From Ptychomitrium polyphyllum (taxonomy: Eukaryota), in NCBI GenBank assembly GCA_973851085.1, contig OZ316776.1, forward strand, positions 15,376,001 to 15,440,000: a stretch of 64,000 nt of DNA. The letters are read 5' to 3'. The notes under the pieces were generated by a model, which searched no databases, was not told the origin of the DNA, and worked only from the letters and a program-made list of their open reading frames with translations. Of the stretch, positions 29,429 to 43,000 are shown piece after piece. The translations under genes were made by a program, and so were the position numbers. Numbering within the stretch: the first letter of the stretch is position 1; the number at the start of each line of letters is the position of its first letter.

Positions 29429-31721
29429 AGCGCCCTGATGCAGTGGGAAAAATAGGTAAATCAACTAGCCAATTTGGCAACGTGCAAATGGCTACGTGTG
29501 ATAGCCTTGGATCGGCGCACTTTGTACGATATTAGCTGCAGCAGTTCGTTTTTAAATAAGCAGAACAAGTATTTGAATTGAATCCGGAAATTGCACCCTT
29601 GCAACAAGATTACTCTCTAAATCTGAAAAGGATGTAAGCTTCACAAGCAGTCAGGTCATCGCCAGTCCTATGACACAACGACATAGCCATTGAAATAAAA
29701 TTGAAAATTTCGAGAATGAAATGAAAATGAGCTTGATTCTCCTTACCTCGTGATCCTGCAAGCTCTTCTGTACAATGGTACAAGCAGTGGCCACAGACTC
29801 CTTTCTGTAAGTTACCTTCCAAATGCCTCAACGTACTCCATTCCAAATGTTCCTCCGACACCACCAACACCACCACCATTGCTAACTCGCATTGTCGATA
29901 TTAGTTGCAGCTGAGCATGGTGACCTCCGAAATATATATGTCTCTTGCAAATTTACGCTCGAACGCAAATATTCTAAGAATCCCTAAGGTTATCTGTTTG
30001 CAATCATTAGCACCTATGTGAACGTGAATGTAATGGATTCTTTCTGGGCTCAAGAGATCCCAGGAAATTGTCTCGAAGGGGTTTGGAGTGGTTACCTTGT
30101 GTGGGCATCAACAAAAACTAGATCATCCCCACTCAAGGAAAATCGTACTGTACTCCCCTTCAACCGATGGTGAAGGTCGATCACAGTAAACACACCATAA
30201 CACTCTGCAAATTGCGTATCCGATAACAATTAGGTCAGCATCTCCTCCCAGTCAAAGAAATATAGACGACCCATTCGTAAGTGTCCTCAGAAACTCTTCC
30301 CTACACATCCTGGCCAAAACTCAGCTCAAAACAATATACGTACTACAACAGTCAGAGGAGCCAGTAACATGGCAAGAGCCCAAAACCAAAAAGTCCATCG
30401 CAGATTTGGTGTTGACGAATTCGGACAAAGACAACTATCCAACAGAGGCCAGGGTTGAATGACAGCCAAATACTAGCAGAATAAAAGGGAGAAAAGAGAG
30501 CAATGCACAATCAGCTCATGTGTAGAACTCCAAGAAGTACAAGCACAAAGAGATTGTGAAGGAAGGTGCGGTCTTGATCACCTGCACAACTTTGGGTAAC
30601 ATGGACTTAGTTATTCCAACACTGTTATTAAATGCAGGAATAACAGTGTCCGTGTCACTCAAACTTCCACAGCGAGGAAAGAAGAGTGTTTCACGCAAAG
30701 AGGCACTCGAAAAATCAGCAGAGTAACAAAAACAATATCATCCCACTTCTGGCATTCATTTCGAAGTGCCCTGTTATATGTGTTTCCATGAAACATAGCT
30801 TGTACAGAAAACATCTACCTTATCAATTGTACTCTGCAACGTGAAGCTAACACAACAGTACAGTACTTTCAAGAAACGATGCACATCCACCATAAACCTG
30901 TCAGACAGCCCCGCAGATATTTACATTTATAAATTTTATGGATGCAACACTTCAACTCCACACAAGCGGTAATCTCGGACACAAGTGCGAGATCAACAGC
31001 AAACACCTAGTGCTGCCCATCAGCATCATTTTCTCGACACAGTGTACTGTACCTTGCCTTTCAACATCAAACACTGTAGCCCTAGTTTCACTCTTTCGCC
31101 ACAAAACACTCTACAACATTTCCATCTCGGGCACCAGGCTGCTCTACCCTCTGGGCAGTTGGGCTCAATACATAAGTTTCCAAATAATCTCTGGTCCTTC
31201 TGATAATGGTCAATCTACCAGTCAACAATCAAGTTTTCTGTACATGTGTCATAATATCTGCACCTCTAGTAGATTTTATGTCGGTGTTTTAAGTGGTAAG
31301 ATGTACGAAAGGGTCGTCATGCGTTCCGCAATGGTGTTTGGTGATGGTGTTGCTGTTAGTGATGGTGAATCGTGATTGCAGCTTCAGAACACACAGACAA
31401 AGCACTTCTGGAAGAGTACGTCGACCTTGACTATGGCGGAGGAGAGGGTTCATTGCGCCGGCGATGACCGAAGCTTCTTTCTGCATTACCTGGGGTGAAG
31501 TGGGCGCACCTGGAACGAACACCCCACACGATCTGTTTTTTGTTTGAGAACAAGTGGTTGTGTGGTGCCATCGAAGCATCTGGGAGAGCATGGTAGTGGA
31601 AATAGGGGATGGTGGACTGTGAAGCTGGGTTAGGGTTTTGGGGAGAAAGGAGTTTTTCGTGAGGACGGCAATGTGAGTTTGTTGGTGGCGAGGAGAGGGA
31701 CGGAAGTGCCTGCGGCGGAGC

Positions 31722-34700
31722 ATGAAGGTGATCGATGATTCCGATGTGGGCAGGAGTGATTGCATCATCTGCTCAAGGTTTGGTCGTTGCAGGTCTGCAA
31801 TTCATGTAAAAGTTGGTGCACCCAACCTGTGTTAAGAATTGAAAAGAACTTCGCATCCCTTTCTTGTGTGAAAAGTTTAATTTGGAGTACTGTGGTCGCT
31901 TGACTCTTTCATTTTCCCTGTGATTGTTTGTAATGGTCTTGTTGGGATTGGATTTTTCAGTTGTGTTGATGTTTTACGGCTGTGAGCATAAAACACAGTT
32001 CTTGTGTTAATCTCATTCATGTCGACTGAGTGAGGTTTCGATGCTTTCGGGGGAATTGTGGATTGCATTGGACTCTACGGAATTGGGAAGGAAGTGAAGC
32101 ACTTGTTCATTTTAGCTTGTGCTTTTAGCCTCGTTCTGATTTCGTTCTTGGATTCAGCTCGCAGGTGTACTCCTCTAAGCGATGGTACGGCAGACAAGTG
32201 TTATAATTCGACGACAGAAACGCTGAGAAGTAAGAAACTTGTAGATCCTTGAAACACGTCATCGGAGGTTAATTATGCTCATGTTGCAGATGGAGAAGTA
32301 GCGATGTTACAGAAAGGATAATATTTCTGGACCTAACGGTTCCAGTTTCATTGAAGGCTGGCGGGAAACTAGTTGAGACAAAGATGGAGATGAGTAGAGA
32401 GCATAAGGAGACTGGTCCTGTGAAGGCTTGTAGAAATCGACCGAAGAATCAAGTTAAGTCACTCGTGGGATTTGGTAGACGACGAATCAAGACGGTGACA
32501 GAGTCTCCCCGAAGCCCACATTCTCGCATTGGGTTCAGTCAGGAGGTTGTACGAGCTTCAACGATAAAAGTGAGAGAGACCATATTACCAGCTGAAGAGG
32601 GAAGTGAAGATGAGGCGAGTACTCTCTCGGACGATTACAGGAGGGGTCACACTGAAGGGCACCATGCGGAGGCGATACCGCCTGACTGGTCTCCTGGTGT
32701 TCGATGTGATCTGTGTGAGAGAGGTGCATCGCTTTCTCTGGGCGCCTGGTATTCTTGGTGTTGCGGGAATCCTTCACTCGGCTGCTCGTGTTCCTTTGAT
32801 GACCTCCTGTAAGCTCGTCGTTTTATCTTTGCAACACCTCTCATCATGAGTTCTACTTGCATCCGCCAGTATCTGTTTTATCTGCCTCCTCTGACATAGT
32901 AGGCAATGCAAGTGAATGTACCAATTCTCTGGAATTTTCATAATATTGATGTTACAGGCGAAAAAAAAAGGCACTTATGTGGAAGGCTGGCAAAAACTGG
33001 AAAACCACCGACCCACCTTATCCATGGAGCGGCAAGGTTCACAAACTTTGTGGTCTCTGGTCTGCAGAGGTGGTGTGCTTCTCTGCATGATCTGTGCTTC
33101 AGAGATATTTTCAATTTGATAGAGGTATTTTGGAATGACGATAGTGGAGTTGACTTTAACCTCGAAGTGATATTTATTACTACATTGAACAATGATGTAA
33201 TAGGTTTTTGAAGACTCAGAACATCCCTGGCGTATTCTGAAACTGCAGGATGCCCTTCGACGTTCAAGGAAAATCGTAAGAGGCTTTGATATTCCACTGC
33301 TGCAATATAACATCTATAACTTTGCGTATGCATTCTTTTACCAAACGTTTGTGTGTAATGACTCTATGTACATTCTTGTACTGGTCAATTCTAGTGTTGT
33401 CGAAATTTAATTGTTCAATTTTTCCTCCTGTGTGCTTCTTGGATATAGAAATGCTCGGATCCGGATTGTGGCCTTTTTGGAGCAACACTCGGTTGTCGAG
33501 TTGCAAGCTGCAGGAGGAGTTTTCATTACCCTTGTGCCGACAGGCTATCGGCCTTGGTGAAAGTTCGTATGTGGGAAGGTTTGCTGAAACCAATCACCTG
33601 CTTTGACCATCGGCATGTCAATGATGTAAATTTACAGAAGGAGAGCAAGAAGAGGAAGAAAGGCAAGAAAGGATTGTTTCCTTTAGCAGGAGCTGGCTCT
33701 CCTGAGGTAAGACTGAAGACATCAGGTAGTGCTGATGTTATTCAAATTGAAAGCAGTGACGAAGAGGAAAGTATTCTTGGTGCTACTGCTCAAGATGTGG
33801 CTCGTCGATGGAACGTACCGAGGAGCCTCAGTTCAAGATTTGCATTTACGGAGAGTGTTGTCACTCCCAACAGGTAAGACCAGGTGACAAGGTGCTTATA
33901 TTCTCTATCGTGCATTGTTGTTTGTATACCGTAAAGCCTTCAAGCTTTCTGTGACCCATTCGGCCAGAAGAAAGTTTTTATTCAGAATTTTTAGAAATCC
34001 TTAGATTGTTATTCTTATAATCCAGAGATTGAAATCTGCTAATCAATACCGTCAAAAAAAACTTGACATGGAAATAGTATAAATGAACGCCAACGTCTTG
34101 CTAAAAATATAAGAAAGCTTTAACATTTAGGCATTGAAATTTTTTGTTGAGATAATGGAGTATCAATTTTCATGAAAATTACTTGTTTGAACGGTATTTT
34201 AACCCTTCATTTATTTGATGATACTTTGTATATCAGACACAATGCAGCTGACATGGATTTGCTTGGAGATGGTCATATATGAGGCATGAATTTAATTGTT
34301 ATCATAAACTGCTACTGCTCATCCGTCTTTTCTCTAGTTCTAGCACTAAGTATCAAACAACCAGTCCGTTTAAGCAATTATCAGTAAAACAATAAAAACG
34401 GTTCAAATTTCTTTAAAAGGTATGCAAACACGACATGCAGATGTGTCCGTATTCATGACTTTCAGTAGAGCGTCTTTCATGGCTGAAGTTAGTTAGTGGG
34501 AGTTGCAGTTGGCCTAAGGCTCCCAACGCAGGACCGCCCTACTTGGGAAGAAATCTCCTGTGTGCCGACTTTTCTAATGGCCTGGAACCCATTGAAGTTC
34601 CATGCACCAATGATGTGGATATAGAGCCTCCACCAAAGCTGAAGTACATAACAAAATCCAGGTTGATCTCTTTATTTGTATCTTCCCCGGTGGCTTTACC

Positions 34701-36812
34701 TTCAGTGCAATGTCCAGTGCAGCCTTTACGATTGTGATGGTGGTTGAGCTTTTACTGTACAAGATTAGCTTGTCCGAGGCTGTTCTTGTCGCAAGTTACT
34801 ACTCGCCTTAACGTTGTTCTATTCTATTCGTCGGTGGCAGATATCGAGGACACCCATTGGGCAGCAAAAATTGCCCACACCCACTTTTGAAACGACGAGC
34901 AAAAGCTTGTAATGGATGTGCTCTCCATGATCCTGACGATCCTTTGGCTCCTTTGTCCGTTCATATACCGTTTCAGAGACGTGAACATGACTTTCGTGAG
35001 GACTGGTTAAGGGAGCGTATGTATGGACGTCTACCTTATGACAAACATGCTCGCCTCGTGGTAAGGTATTAACCTTGTAATGAATCATGGGAAAGAGAAG
35101 AGTAAAAACTAGTCAAGGAAGCACCGTTGAATAGGTTTAGGCATTTTGGAGATATATGAGAGCTGCTTTCCTTGTAGTGGTTATCTTCGTGCTCAAAAGC
35201 TGTGGCAGCTAGTTTTTTTCTTAAGATACTAATAAGGTTGTAGCCGAACAACTGGTTGCTTGATGCCATAGCTTCTCTACATGTAGCAATAGTCTCTAAA
35301 TTTTGTACCGGCCTCATTGTGTTGCTTGGCCTAGTGAACTTGTGCATATTAAGATGATTATAATGCTGCTTTCCATTGCGAGGATATTAGATGCTGTCAA
35401 CTGTCTTTGGCTGGTACATTATCAAAAGATGTATTGTCCTATGTCTCTGTCTCGATCTGAAATTTGTGTTTATCAAGTAAGAACCGAAATTCGTTGTGGG
35501 AGGATTTGAATGATATATGGATGTTGATATGGATGATAGATGTGTTGTATCATCCAAATCCTCCAACACACAAGGCATCTAATGCGTTGTGACATCTGGG
35601 AACAGATTGGGACAGATTACAACGAGCTTGTGGAGTGCAATGACCGGTGTAAGTGTGGCGACCTCTGCATCAACAGGGAAATGCAGAAGGGATTGAGGAC
35701 TCCTATTGAACTGTACAAGACTGAAAAGAAGGGGTGGGCTGTTCGCACACTAGTTCCAATACCCAGGTGTGATTTTATTTTTTTCACGTCGTCCAATGCT
35801 CCGACTTGCAGTCTCGTGCTCTTACAACTGATCCACATGTACATAGATTGGTTTTGATGGGACTTTTGAAGCAGGGGGAGATTTGTGATCGAGTTTGTGG
35901 GAGAGATGTTGACTCAAGATCAAGCTCAAAAGTACGGCCAGATGTATGATGAAATCAAGCGAAGGTTAGTAGCGCCTGCTCAACGATCAGTAGGTTATTC
36001 GTCTTATAAGGACTGGTATGCCCATTTGTGTAGGAATATGGGTTTAGTACGGGGTGGGTGGATGTTACTGTTCGAGCCATTCTAGTTGGATAGTCTCCCT
36101 CGACTTATTTCACTTCATGGAAACTAAACAAGTTAATTGAAACAGTTACTTGTATGATTTGGACTATCCGGAATCGAAAAGGACGCCAGACTTCACGCTT
36201 GATGGATTTCATGCATCCAACGTCTCTCGTTTCATCAACCACAGGTATTTGAAAATTGTGTCAAGTCGATTCTGAGCGACGTTTTTTAGTGCATATAAAT
36301 CTCGTTATTAATTTGACTGTAGCTCATCATGATTTTAATGCAGGCAGGTGTGCCCTGAGCATTTCAAGATCAAGGGTACTATGAAGCTCTAAATGGAAGC
36401 TGATATATATTCACATCACTGGGTTACAATTCCAAAATTATCTACCCACTGTCATGATTTGTGAAATTATCTGAGGCGCTAACGTTCTCATTGTGTGGTC
36501 TGGTGTAGTTGTGATGCAAATTTGAAAATCTATCGAGTTTACGTAGAGACCACTTACAAGTGGCTGTCACATATTGGCATGTATGCCATGCGTGATATTG
36601 AAGCTGGAGAGGAGCTCTCGTATGACTATAATTATGGAAGGCATGAAACGCAAGCACATGATGGGAAATTCAACAACTCTGAAGCCGGAAACCAGAGAGT
36701 TAAGAAGGAAAATGACGCAACGCACATCAAGTGCTACTGTGGCGCTAAAAATTGCCGTGAATGGCTTTGGCGGCCTTTGTACACAGGCGAAGACTCTGAA
36801 GACTCTGAATAA
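31722..36812 (+). CDS. SUV39/SUVR-class histone lysine methyltransferase with N-terminal extended PHD (zf-HC5HC2H) finger, divergent pre-SET, SET and post-SET; ~736 aa
   Basis: Exons 31722-31777 (tentative first exon), 32290-32808, 32958-33069, 33204-33275, 33449-33873, 34509-34661, 34841-35060, 35606-35766, 35875-35964, 36146-36244, 36509-36812 are all phase-consistent. ePHD: CDLC...VHKLCGLWSAEV...KCSDPDC..GATLGC....CRRSFHYPCA...CFDH. Pre-SET: DFSNGLE..VPCTNDVD and ECNDRCKCGDLCINR. SET: KGWAVR, NVSRFINHSCDAN, GEELSYDY. Post-SET: CYCGAKNC. Confidence 0.9.
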
Positions 36813-37387
36813 AAAAATTGATGGTGTTTTGAAGCCAGTCACAGTTCGTATGTCATGTTTACGGCCTGTGGCCATTGAATATGACTTAAGACATGGTGGT
36901 GGGAAAGGGACAAGTGCTTGCTTGCTAGCACACGTAAGTCACATACCTGTATGAGAATTGCTGGATGCATTTTTTGTTGGTTTTTAGATTTCAGAATGCC
37001 TATGTCTGTCTCTGCAGAAAATGCAGTTGTGTAGTGCGTTATTGTGGTTTGCATATTCTGGAATGCTATTTCTGCTGAATGTGCAACAAAATGTGAAATT
37101 TAGATGCAATGGTTTTTGATAGCTACATTTAGTCTCTTCGAATAGCTCGAGTGGGGCATACGTGTACCATTCACTCCACGGATTTGAGGCTCTGCTATGT
37201 CTGTTGACAGGGTGGGCTGAGCTATTGAGGTGTCAGATGGTGAAGTATACAGAGGACCTTTGCCTGTAGATTACGTCCTGTTTATTGATGTTGGGATGTA
37301 AGTTAGCATGTGGAGCTGAGTTGCTGTGAAGGTGAGGTGATGATCTTCACCAGTTAGGGTAGGTGTTCTTGGCTTTCAAGTTAAGGT

Positions 37388-37460
37388 CATTGGAAGCATT
37401 GGGCTGCATTGGAAGCATTGGGCTGCATTGGAAGCATTGGGCTGCATTGGAAGCATTGGG
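37388..37460. repeat. 19-bp tandem repeat (CATTGGAAGCATTGGGCTG), about 4 copies
   Basis: Read directly from the sequence, downstream of the SET gene. Confidence 0.92.
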
Positions 37461-39279
37461 CATGTATCAATTTGATATCATTAGTATAGTTATTTTGATT
37501 GTCTGGTGCTTAAATAACATAAAACCCAGCAGCAGGTAAATCTTAGTGAATTAAAAGGGACTCAATATGGTCCACAGACAATTTCATATGCAAAAGTATT
37601 TTGTGCTGCCGAGGGGCTCCCTTGTTAGTATCTCCGTATACACTCGTGCAATTACACGTTGTTTCTAGACGAACTGGAGCATTTGACACGACAATCAGCC
37701 AGAGTGATGCTTTCAGAGGTGCCCATTCTAAGTTATTATAACAACGTATTATATTACATGGTATAAACACAACGGTTACTAGAGGTCCATTTGTGACCTA
37801 TCACCTATTAGGGGTCCAGACACCCCAAATTCGGCCCTTAGTTGCAACTTTCTGAATGATTCATTTCAATTCCACTGAATATGGCTTGAGATACTTAAAG
37901 ATATTTAGGGCCACTATATATCTTGTCCTGGTGTCCACTGGAGAAGATATTTCTGCCATATTTATGTAGTAGTATGATGAATTGAGATTTCAAGTTTTTC
38001 AGTAAGGCTTTACATCTTGTCCTGTTGTCCATGGGAGAAGGAACTTGAAGATGGATGAGAAATGAGTTGGCTGTCTTCATGGCAACAATTATTATGGATA
38101 AGTTTTTCCAATTTATCATTTTTAGAAGTGTTTTTAAGATGACAACCTAAGAATTTAGTCCATGGGAGGGAAAAATTCTCATCTCATGTATTTTAATATT
38201 CTTCTACCTTCTTAAAATGCTTATTCTTGCCTAAAATATCCATGGTTGAGGCTAAAAAATTTTGATCCTCTCCACTTCTACAAAACAAGGTGTAAAACAA
38301 CTCTTTTAGCCATTTGCTAACCAAATGCTAAAATATACTATTCTACTTAATTTAAGCATTTTAGCATGTGAAAGGGCACATTTTTAAATTAGAGAAAATT
38401 ATAGTTGATAAAGCTTAGGGTTAGAAAACTAATTTCTAAGAAAATCAAACTTTCTCAATTAGAATGTAAATTTGAAATCATTCTTTAAGATCCCTATATT
38501 TTTAGAAAGCCAACCCATTTAAGCTTTACAACACATTTTTAATTGTTAGATATAAATCCACAAGCATTTTAGATGTAAATAATTAATCCACATGCATTAT
38601 GAGTAATGTAAAAATATCAAATAAGTGCCATTCTAGGAACTTATAAAAATATAATGGCACTAGAGCAAGTTTCTAATGGAGATAATAGTTTTTACCTAAA
38701 TACATATGTTGATTGAAATAAAAGCCAAACTAATTGAATACACCTATTTGTTATAGTCATACAAAAAAATAAGAAGCTTTTTAGTCAAAGGCACCAAATA
38801 TATGAAGCATGTAATTTTTATCAATCACTAAATTGTATAAGAGACTAATGCAAAATATGTTCTAAATTGCTAATAAATTCATTATTAATCAACTAATTTC
38901 ATCAATATTTCATAAAGACTTGTAAAAATGGTCATTTATTGGTGATTGAATTGGTGATACATTATACACTAATAAGAAATGACATTAATAATGCCTTTCA
39001 AACTTACTATGAAGAATAGAATAAATATAGTTTTGATTTTTAAAAAATTATATTCTAATTAATGTAATAAAGTTTTTCCTTAAATGGATGTTTTACAAAT
39101 TAATATTTCCATATCAAACTGTAATAGAATATACAATAGCCAAGTCATCCTACTTTAATTAAATTCTACAAGTCAAAAGGAATCTTCCACATTATATTTT
39201 GAAAAGAGATAACTAATACAAGTGAGATGGTTGATTGTACTTGTAATGTTGCCATCTTCTGGAACAATTGATTATACAA

Positions 39280-40000
39280 GAATTGCTAGCAAATCCTATG
39301 TGCCCTATACATTCAACCATCTGATGTTGAAGACTAGTTAGAAGTTGCTATCAAATCCTATCTTCCTTCTATATTCAATTGTTCAACATCAAAGACTAGC
39401 TTGGAGTTGCTGTCAGATCCTATGTGCCCTTTGCATTCAATTGTTCAACGCCAAAGACTAGCTTGGAGTTGCTGTCAAATCCTATGTGCCCTCTGCATTC
39501 AATTGTTCAACATCAAAGATTAGCTTGGAATTGCTGTCAAATCCTATGTGCCCTTTGCATTCAACTGTTCAACATTGAAGACTAGTTTGGAGTTGTTGTT
39601 AAATCCTATGTACCTTCTGCATTCAACTATCCGACGCTGAAGACTAGTTAAGAGTTGCTGTCAAATCCTATGTGCCCTTTGTATTCAACAATTTAACTTT
39701 GAAGACTAACTTGGAGTTGCTGTCAAATCCTATGTACCTTTTTCATTCAACTATCCATTATTTAGGACCAACTGGAAGTTATTGTCAAATCCTATGTACA
39801 TCTATATTAAACTATTTATTATTGAAAACTAAGTCAAAGTTGTTGGCAAATCCTCTATGTCTTTTTACATTCAACCATCTATTATTACAAATGGATGTAA
39901 ATTGACCAAATCTTTTGTATGCCTTCAATAGTCAATTGTCCATTTTTCCAAATTAGACAAGAATTGTTATTAAATCCTTTATAACTCCAACATTAGCATT
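39280..40000. repeat. 62-bp tandem array, about 12 diverged copies
   Basis: The anchor AAATCC recurs at 39291, 39353, 39415, 39477, 39539, 39601, 39663, 39725, 39787 (period 62), then decays at about 39848, 39908, 39972. Consensus is approximately GGAGTTGCTGTCAAATCCTATGTGCCCTTTGCATTCAATTGTTCAACATCAAAGACTAGCTT. Confidence 0.93.
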
Positions 40001-43000
40001 TTTAATAATTTTAATAAAAAATCCAATTACTTAAGATATAAAAATTTATAATTAAACAAGGCCCTTTTCCATTATACTACAAAAACATGAAACATAATCA
40101 AATTCAAAGCATTAAACTATTTGATATAAACTATTTAACAAAACTTTAATCCACATTTTGTATTTATAGAAGTTCATGGCATTAACTTGTTGCAGCAATT
40201 AAAATGCAATTTACTCACAACTTAATATGTATTAAACATTGCAACCATTAAATCTTGTTATTATAATAGAAAAATGAAATTCACAATAAAAAGAATCCAA
40301 TAGTCTGTAACATCTGTTGAATTAAGTATTAAAAAACCACAAAGTCTCAATTATTATTCATTTTACTTTTTGCTCCTTATTTCCAATATCTTTACACCAA
40401 AAGCAATTAGAAATGGATTATATTTCACATAATGAAAATTCCTTGCACAATTAATATGGAAAGAACTAATCATTTTTTATTGCAAGAAAAAACCATTCTT
40501 TCTTTAATATAAAAATTAATAGATACATGTTAAAACTTGTTTTTATATTATTAAACATTTGAAGGCACAATTGTATATATTGGTTAAAATTCTATTAAAA
40601 ATCTAACCGTTGTATTTATAAATTTAGGTTGCAAAGGTAGTTATAATATTGTCTTTGAATTCAATAAAATTAAAAAAATTAGAACATTAGAAGGATTATG
40701 AATTGATATCCATTATTCTTAAAAAATCTTAAATCTTTTATCTTTTATCATTGTATTATTACTATCAACTTGAACAGTTTCATTTCTAAAAGATAAAATT
40801 AGTATTAGCCCTTGATTTTATAAATATATAAATATACTACTACAATTATCGCATTCATTGAAATTAGACATTTTTATGAATTTGAAACATTTTAATTTAT
40901 TTTCAATGTAGGTGTTTTCTCAAATTCAAAAGTTAATATAAGCTTAACAAAAATGGTATATGTGACTTTTTCATGACATTGCACTTCAAATTATATCTTG
41001 TTTGTATAATTCATGCTAGATATCTATAGAAATATGATACCAAAAACTTTAATACTTAATGACTTAACTTATAAGACATTAGAATCTAACTTTTGGTTAA
41101 AATTTCTTATAGAGTTTGAAATTGTTAAAGTTAAAAGCAAAGTCACAATTTATACATGAGTTTACAACATACCTTTTACTTTTCATCCAAAATAAATGAA
41201 TGAAAGTATCATAGGCAATAAGAAAATACACAACCTAGTTTTTGAAATCATAAAATTTTGATTGGGTCTTTTAAATTAAAGGAGCTATGTAATTACCACA
41301 GATTTATTTATATTTTTTATTCTTTATTTTTTTAAAATTTAAATTTCTTTTTGTTTTTTTATTTTGAAGTGCCCAAAGTCCCGATCATGGATCTGAAAAC
41401 CCGAAGGTTGGTGAGATGCAGCCAAGTGATGAAGGTTAAGGACCCCAACAACTCTTGATAGTCCTTTCCTTAGTGTTGTCTGTCAGAGCAGCTGAGTGCA
41501 TTTTGGGTGACTTATAACAGCAAAGCAACAGTATGCATTAAAACTTTCAGTGATAAATTAGTACATGGCTGATTGGGATGGGAGTTGGGGGATGTGGTAT
41601 AAAGCATGACATGTTGGGGGTGACATAGTCCTGTAATATTTGCATTTAAGGTAGGAAACATGAAAGATGAGTATTCCATGATATGGATGAATGTTGGTGG
41701 ATGCATATTTCATTTCATGTCGTGTATTAGATTGAATTGGTTAGTTTTTAATACTGTGCACCAAATTGAAAGACTTCATGCCACCACTACTTTCCTTGAT
41801 TTGCACTGACTCACACTTACAACTTCATTGTGTAGTTCACTGGGATGGAGAAGAGACATTCTCTTCTCGCATATTCATCCGCTCATTGCCTTCGTATTTT
41901 CAAGACCCTCTCCTGCACATACTTGGACTCCTTGGCCTGGCTCAAGGGCATGACTGAGTGGGGGAGTGCTTTCTACACCTTTAACATAAACAGTCACTTC
42001 AATTACATACAATAGTAAGCACACCCACTACTCACTCTTTAAGTTGGTGATTCAGAGGAATATGTTAAAAGGAATTTTAGGGAGCAAATCAATGGAGGAT
42101 CTATGTGAATGAAATGAAAACCAAAAATAGAAGAAATCTTTGGAAATATGTTCACAGTCCTAAACAATAAAGCAGGATATTTGTAACAATGGATGGAACA
42201 AAAAACCATACTATTAACCCAATATATCACAGAACTCTTAAATATAATAAGTGTATATTGCAACTGGAAATATCATTGTAAATGAAATCAATCAATTCCT
42301 TGTAAAATTAAAAAAAGTCTCTATCATATGATGATAGGTATTCAACTACTAATTGCAATTAAATCTTCAACTCTTAAAAAAGTTTCCTAAATTTAAAGTG
42401 AAATGTAAATTGGATTTTATGGGCTTCATTTTGTTATAAAAGATGATCTTCATAGTCTAAAATGAGTTTTTGCAAGAAAGATTAGAAAATGAAAATGCGC
42501 TACAGGGTGAATCATTTTCACTACCTCTCTTGCAATTGGGACCTCATACAAAATATATGTATCATATAAAAGCTGCTAACCTTGAGATTATCTACATTTG
42601 CACATGTCTCCTGATAATCTACCTTCTGCATACAGTAGCAAGGGGCATGCAGCTTGGAAAGCTTTTGCTGAACTTTTGCCATTAACAACTTAGAAAGTTC
42701 TAAATCCTGCTTCCAACTCATGGACTCTCTGTCTTTTCCACTGGGGAATCTGATTTGCACTAGTAGTGAAGGTATAGAGCATCCAATGCTACAACTCTCA
42801 GGAGTCAAACGTGACCAACTTATACATGCTTTGTTTCTGTTTCTGTTTTTTGTTTTTGTTTTGAGGTCTAGGACAGGGTCTAGCCTTTGTATCCAAGGAG
42901 TTGACCTCATGAGCATATAGTAATCAACAGAGAATTGACAAACCCTGTTTGCTTGCATCCAAATTTATGCATCACACTAAACCCTACAGTACCAAGTGGA

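Noticed and set aside
39280..40000. CRISPR-like regular spacing
   Set aside because: The whole 62-bp unit is repeated with no unique spacers, there are no cas genes, and the context is eukaryotic.
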